A DNA stretch of 50,106 nt from Octopus sinensis (lineage: Eukaryota). The DNA is taken from positions 1 through 50,106 of the forward strand of contig NW_021834317.1 of assembly GCF_006345805.1 (NCBI RefSeq). The letters run 5' to 3'. How positions within the stretch are numbered: position 1 is the stretch's first letter; the number at the start of each line of letters is the position of its first letter. Of the stretch, positions 49,494 to 50,106 are shown piece after piece. The position numbers and the translations under genes are program-made. The notes under the pieces were generated by a model. It was not told where the DNA came from, ran no database searches, and saw only the letters and a program-made list of their open reading frames with translations.

Positions 49494-49831
49494 GTATATA
49501 CACATACACATATACATACATATACCACACATACACATGCATGGTCATTTAGCTACCTGCATATACATTTCTCTTTCCGTATTTCTCTCTCTAACCATCA
49601 TTCCGACGAACTATTTAATTCCATCAATCCATTTGCCGATTTATCTCTCTATCTAACTACCTATCTACCTATACAAACATACATACATACGTATACATAC
49701 ATACCTACATATATATATACATACATATACATATATATATATATATAATATATATAATATATATTTATTTATATATTTTTATATATATATTTATATATAT
49801 ATTTATATATATTATACATACATATATATAA

Positions 49832-49893
<62 letters not shown>

Positions 49894-49930
49894 GTATGTT
49901 TTTTTTTATGTATATATGTATGTATGCATG
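48000..49930. repeat. Dense (TA)n/(TG)n/(TACA)n microsatellite field
   Basis: Read directly, with short unique interruptions. Confidence 0.9.
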
Positions 49931-50106
49931 TCATCGTTTGCCTCATCTACCAGTATTACATGTGTGGCGTGAATTTAAGTGTTTGTATATGATATACCAT
50001 CATTAAGTCAACATTTTGAAAAATATTTGAAATCTATTTTTTAATTACTAAATTCCTAGTAAAACCACAAATAATCGGTTGGCAAACTATTACCTATCTA
50101 CATACC

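Overview
AT-rich, microsatellite-saturated animal genomic DNA. The SINE families and repeat landscape look like an octopus (coleoid cephalopod) genome; that assignment is inference. I found no recognisable host protein-coding exon, rRNA or intact tRNA gene, and most ORF-track entries are translations of (TA)n, (CA)n, (TACA)n, (GATA)n or (AAT)n. The real content is a nested transposon graveyard: four tRNA-derived SINE families; non-LTR relics of Tx1/L1 (a young 541-codon open stretch), R4/Dong, CR1/L2 and RTE type; Penelope-like RT and GIY-YIG relics; mariner/Tc1/pogo elements and MITEs; an Academ-type transposase relic; and three Helitrons. The main second-look signals are: (1) five minimal hammerhead-ribozyme-like motifs, two of them in inverted arms around a B-box/(AAT)n unit that holds an R4/Dong insertion; (2) two SINE families whose 3' tails match LINE 3' ends present in the same window (SINE-A with Tx1, SINE-B with CR1); (3) three LINE families each sitting in its own microsatellite, (GATA)n, (TAA)n and (ATAC)n; (4) several near-perfect short-spacer palindromes. 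Family names come from motif recognition by eye and were not checked against any database.
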